The notes under the pieces are model-generated. The model made no database searches. It was given only the letters and a program-made list of their open reading frames with translations, and had not been told where the DNA came from. A stretch of DNA of 28,469 bases, from NCBI GenBank assembly GCA_001768155.1, contig MENC01000202.1, forward strand, positions 1,088-29,556, read 5' to 3'. This DNA comes from Bacteroidetes bacterium GWA2_30_7 (GTDB taxonomy: Bacteria > Bacteroidota > Bacteroidia > Bacteroidales > GWF2-33-38). The translations under genes were made by a program, and so were the position numbers. Shown one piece after another: positions 25,942 through 28,469 of the stretch. How positions within the stretch are numbered: position 1 is the stretch's first letter; each line of letters opens with the position of its first letter.

Positions 25942-27822
25942 ATGGAATCACATTTAAGAACAATTACAATTGATGCTTCAACTTCATTTTATAAGTTTAA
26001 TAAGTTTCAGATTGGCGAGTTTTTCGGTCCTGTCGATTTAGGCTATCATTTAGCGGCAAAAAATAATAGTTTGAATATAGGAACCGGCATTTTTGGCGGC
26101 TCAATATTTCCTGGGTCTAATAGACTGGTATTTACAGGATTTTCGCCATGTTGGGGAGGTTTTTATATTTCTTCAATGGGTGGTGCTGGATTAGTTTTCG
26201 AAAATCTGGGAATTAATTTATTATCAATTACCGGAAAGGCAGGAAGTCCATCTATATTGTACTTAAATCGTACTCATGGCGAGGAAATAGAAGTTGGATT
26301 AATTCCAGTTGATATTAAAAATATTTGGAAGCAAGGACGAAAAGGTTTTTATGGAATGTTAGATTTTACACTCGAACAATTTTCATCAAAATATAAATCG
26401 ACTCCTCGAGTACTAGCAGTTGGTCCTTCGGCATTAAGTACCGATTTTGGTGCAATTGGCTCTGCACCAGTAAAAAATGGAAAAAATTCATTTGTTGATA
26501 CTTGGGCTGGAAGAGGCGGTTTTGGTTCAAAATTATTACAAGAACATGGCATTTGTGCAATAATTTATGGTGGTACAGAAATTCACGAAGATTTTAAAGA
26601 CCGAAAAGTAGCAGACCAATGGTTTGAACAAAAATTTAACAAAAAACTTGCAGCCGAAGACATTGAAGCAACAACAAAATATCGTTACGATTCGCACTTC
26701 AATACAGGCGGAACTCTTGGTGTAAATTATGCAACTTTAGGTGGTAAAATAATGGCCTTCAACTATAAATCAATTTTTATGGACGAAGAAAGCCGTTTAG
26801 ATATAAATGAGAAATTGATTAAAAATCATTATCTTAAACAATTTAACGAAGAAACGATTGAGAAAAAACAACAAGCCAATTGTGGAGAACCTTGTGGAGC
26901 GGTTTGTAAAAAAATGAATGGGGAATTTAAAAAAGACTACGAACCTTACCAGACAATGGGACCTCAATGTGGAATTTTCGACCAGAGAGCAGCCGAAAAG
27001 CTTAATCATCATGCAGATATGTATGGCTTTGATGCAATTTCGGCAGGTGGAGTTTTATCTTGGTTAATGGAATGTCTTGATGAAAAATTACTTACAAAAG
27101 AAGAGCTTGGCGTTACCGAATATCCGGTTTTTACACAAACTAATTTCAAAATTGTTGAGGACTCTATGCACAATGCAAATATTGGAATCGAATTACTTGA
27201 TGCAATTATCGAAAAGAAAGGAATATTGAATTTATTTAAAGGTCCAAGAAAATTAGCTCACGAACTTTCTCGCACAAAAAATCGTAGCATTATAAATAAA
27301 TTTGTTTACAACTCTTATGCACGAAACGGTTGGATGGTTCCTAACCAATATTGGGTTGCAGGAGCGCTTTCGCCAATGGCTATTATGGGAAAATATTATA
27401 TGAATTATTCTAACGATTATATTCCACCTCGTAAGCTTGGTCAGAAAAATGCCGACCGAATGCAAAAAGAATTTATTTTGGATAATTTAGGATTTTGCCG
27501 TTTCCACCGACAGTGGGCAGAAGAAATGCTTCCCGATATTGTAGAGTCTATTTATGGCGAAGGAATGAAAGAAAAACTTAATGCAAATATTAAAATGATT
27601 ACTGCACGTATAAACAGCCGAAACTCTTCGGTATTTTGGGAATCGGAACGAAATATTGAATATGTTTACACCTTTTTGAAACGCAAACAAGTGGTCGAAA
27701 AAAATGCTGATTCTGACCTTACAAAATGGATTGAATATTTCGAAAAAGATAAACAATCGGCAGCACTCGACTTTTGGTACGAAATTCATAAAGGTGCACA
27801 GGAAACGTTGAAGGATTTTTAA
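25942..27822 (+). CDS. Aldehyde:ferredoxin oxidoreductase family (W/Mo-bis-pterin, 4Fe-4S) enzyme, GAPOR-like
   Basis: AFOR-family motifs SSMGG, ITGKA, AGRGGFGS, TGGTLG, DYEPY, DMYGFDAISAG and NLGFCRF; cluster cysteines CGEPCGAVC (26881-26907) plus C519 (27496). Confidence 0.9.
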   Translation: MESHLRTITIDASTSFYKFNKFQIGEFFGPVDLGYHLAAKNNSLNIGTGIFGGSIFPGSNRLVFTGFSPCWGGFYISSMGGAGLVFENLGINLLSITGKAGSPSILYLNRTHGEEIEVGLIPVDIKNIWKQGRKGFYGMLDFTLEQFSSKYKSTPRVLAVGPSALSTDFGAIGSAPVKNGKNSFVDTWAGRGGFGSKLLQEHGICAIIYGGTEIHEDFKDRKVADQWFEQKFNKKLAAEDIEATTKYRYDSHFNTGGTLGVNYATLGGKIMAFNYKSIFMDEESRLDINEKLIKNHYLKQFNEETIEKKQQANCGEPCGAVCKKMNGEFKKDYEPYQTMGPQCGIFDQRAAEKLNHHADMYGFDAISAGGVLSWLMECLDEKLLTKEELGVTEYPVFTQTNFKIVEDSMHNANIGIELLDAIIEKKGILNLFKGPRKLAHELSRTKNRSIINKFVYNSYARNGWMVPNQYWVAGALSPMAIMGKYYMNYSNDYIPPRKLGQKNADRMQKEFILDNLGFCRFHRQWAEEMLPDIVESIYGEGMKEKLNANIKMITARINSRNSSVFWESERNIEYVYTFLKRKQVVEKNADSDLTKWIEYFEKDKQSAALDFWYEIHKGAQETLKDF

Positions 27823-27881
27823 TAATGAAAATCTGTTTATTTTACAAAAAATAATTTCAAAACTAATTTAATTTCTTATTA

Positions 27882-28157
27882 ATGAAAATACATATTATCA
27901 TTTCATTAATTGTTTTGATAATAGCTGTTATTATATTTATCGTTATTCGATTTCGCAAAATTAATCTCAATAAAAATACCCAAAAGATTATTAATGTAAT
28001 TGGACTATGTTGTGGCATTATTTCCATATTTTTTTTTTTAACGTCATATTATATTTCTCCAAACAAAAATATCTCGCAACTTTACAAATTATCAATGCCT
28101 ACTCTGATTATTATTCTCTTTTTAATAAACTTGAAAAAACTTGAAAATAAAAAATAG
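27882..28157 (+). CDS. Small membrane hypothetical protein
   Basis: 91 aa with three hydrophobic stretches separated by basic residues; low-complexity AT-rich sequence. Confidence 0.5.
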   Translation: MKIHIIISLIVLIIAVIIFIVIRFRKINLNKNTQKIINVIGLCCGIISIFFFLTSYYISPNKNISQLYKLSMPTLIIILFLINLKKLENKK

Positions 28158-28212
28158 TATTGTTGTAAATACCAGATATTTCGTATAAAAAAAGCTGAAT
28201 TAATTTGCTTCG

Positions 28213-28469
28213 ATGAAAAAAAGAATTAAAATAATCGGATATATAATTTTTTTGCTTTCATGTATTTTATGGGGAATTTTATTTATTATACCGTGGTTAG
28301 GTTTTTCAAAAGTTCAAATCGCAGGGTATTCAACAATATTGATAATTGCAGGAGAAATAACTTTTTATTTAAGTATTTTTATACTGGGAAAAAGCTTTTG
28401 GGATAAGATAAAAAACAAACTAAGGTTTTGGAAATCAAAATCTAAAGAAACAAATTTATCCGAGCAAGA
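28213..28469 (+). CDS. Two-TM small protein resembling the 'transporter suffix domain' family; runs off the window edge
   Basis: Not in the ORF track. My translation is MKKRIKIIGYIIFLLSCILWGILFIIPWLGFSKVQIAGYSTILIIAGEITFYLSIFILGKSFWDKIKNKLRFW..., with the W..IP...E..F.L...LGK pattern. Confidence 0.7.
   Translation, partial: MKKRIKIIGYIIFLLSCILWGILFIIPWLGFSKVQIAGYSTILIIAGEITFYLSIFILGKSFWDKIKNKLRFWKSKSKETNLSEQ

Noticed and set aside
370-27789. Short ORF-track entries antisense to or nested in long genes (370..606, 2267..2476, 7381..7572, 9097..9306, 9946..10269, 12178..12405, 15163..15417, 19480..19692, 19754..19942, 20675..20860, 24508..24693, 24880..25083, 26349..26552, 26366..26560, 26797..27012, 27253..27465, 27487..27789)
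   Set aside because: They overlap well-supported genes and have no recognisable motifs; most likely shadow ORFs.
18792-27822. Impression of more CG-containing codons in the right third than in 8133-17958, hinting at different origin
   Set aside because: I could not quantify it by eye. It needs a sliding-window codon or tetranucleotide analysis and may only reflect expression level.

Overview
AT-rich chromosomal window from a Bacteroidota bacterium, probably an anaerobic Bacteroidales-type organism. Evidence for this: T9SS C-terminal sorting domains, a TamL-type Omp85 lipoprotein and TAnnTTTG promoter boxes. Housekeeping and envelope genes include a partial transketolase, TrmH, TamL, two T9SS cargo proteins, a D-2-hydroxyacid dehydrogenase, an S41 protease, GT2 plus methyltransferase, and a ribD-deacetylase-GNAT-YdcF operon. 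Three things stand out. (1) A stand-alone W/Mo-pterin oxidoreductase whose motifs look like the archaeal-type GAPOR clade rather than ordinary AOR. (2) An uncharacterised lipoprotein, a small exported protein and a 1027-aa TerB-like/FHA-like/ABCG fusion transporter, lying convergent on an orphan siaB-siaC kinase/substrate pair with no siaA or siaD in the window. (3) A REP-like palindrome family, one copy of which sits in-frame inside the GNAT gene, plus several degenerate 7/8/9-mer repeat tracts. No rRNA, tRNA, CRISPR array or transposase was seen. All family calls come from motif recognition; no database search was run.
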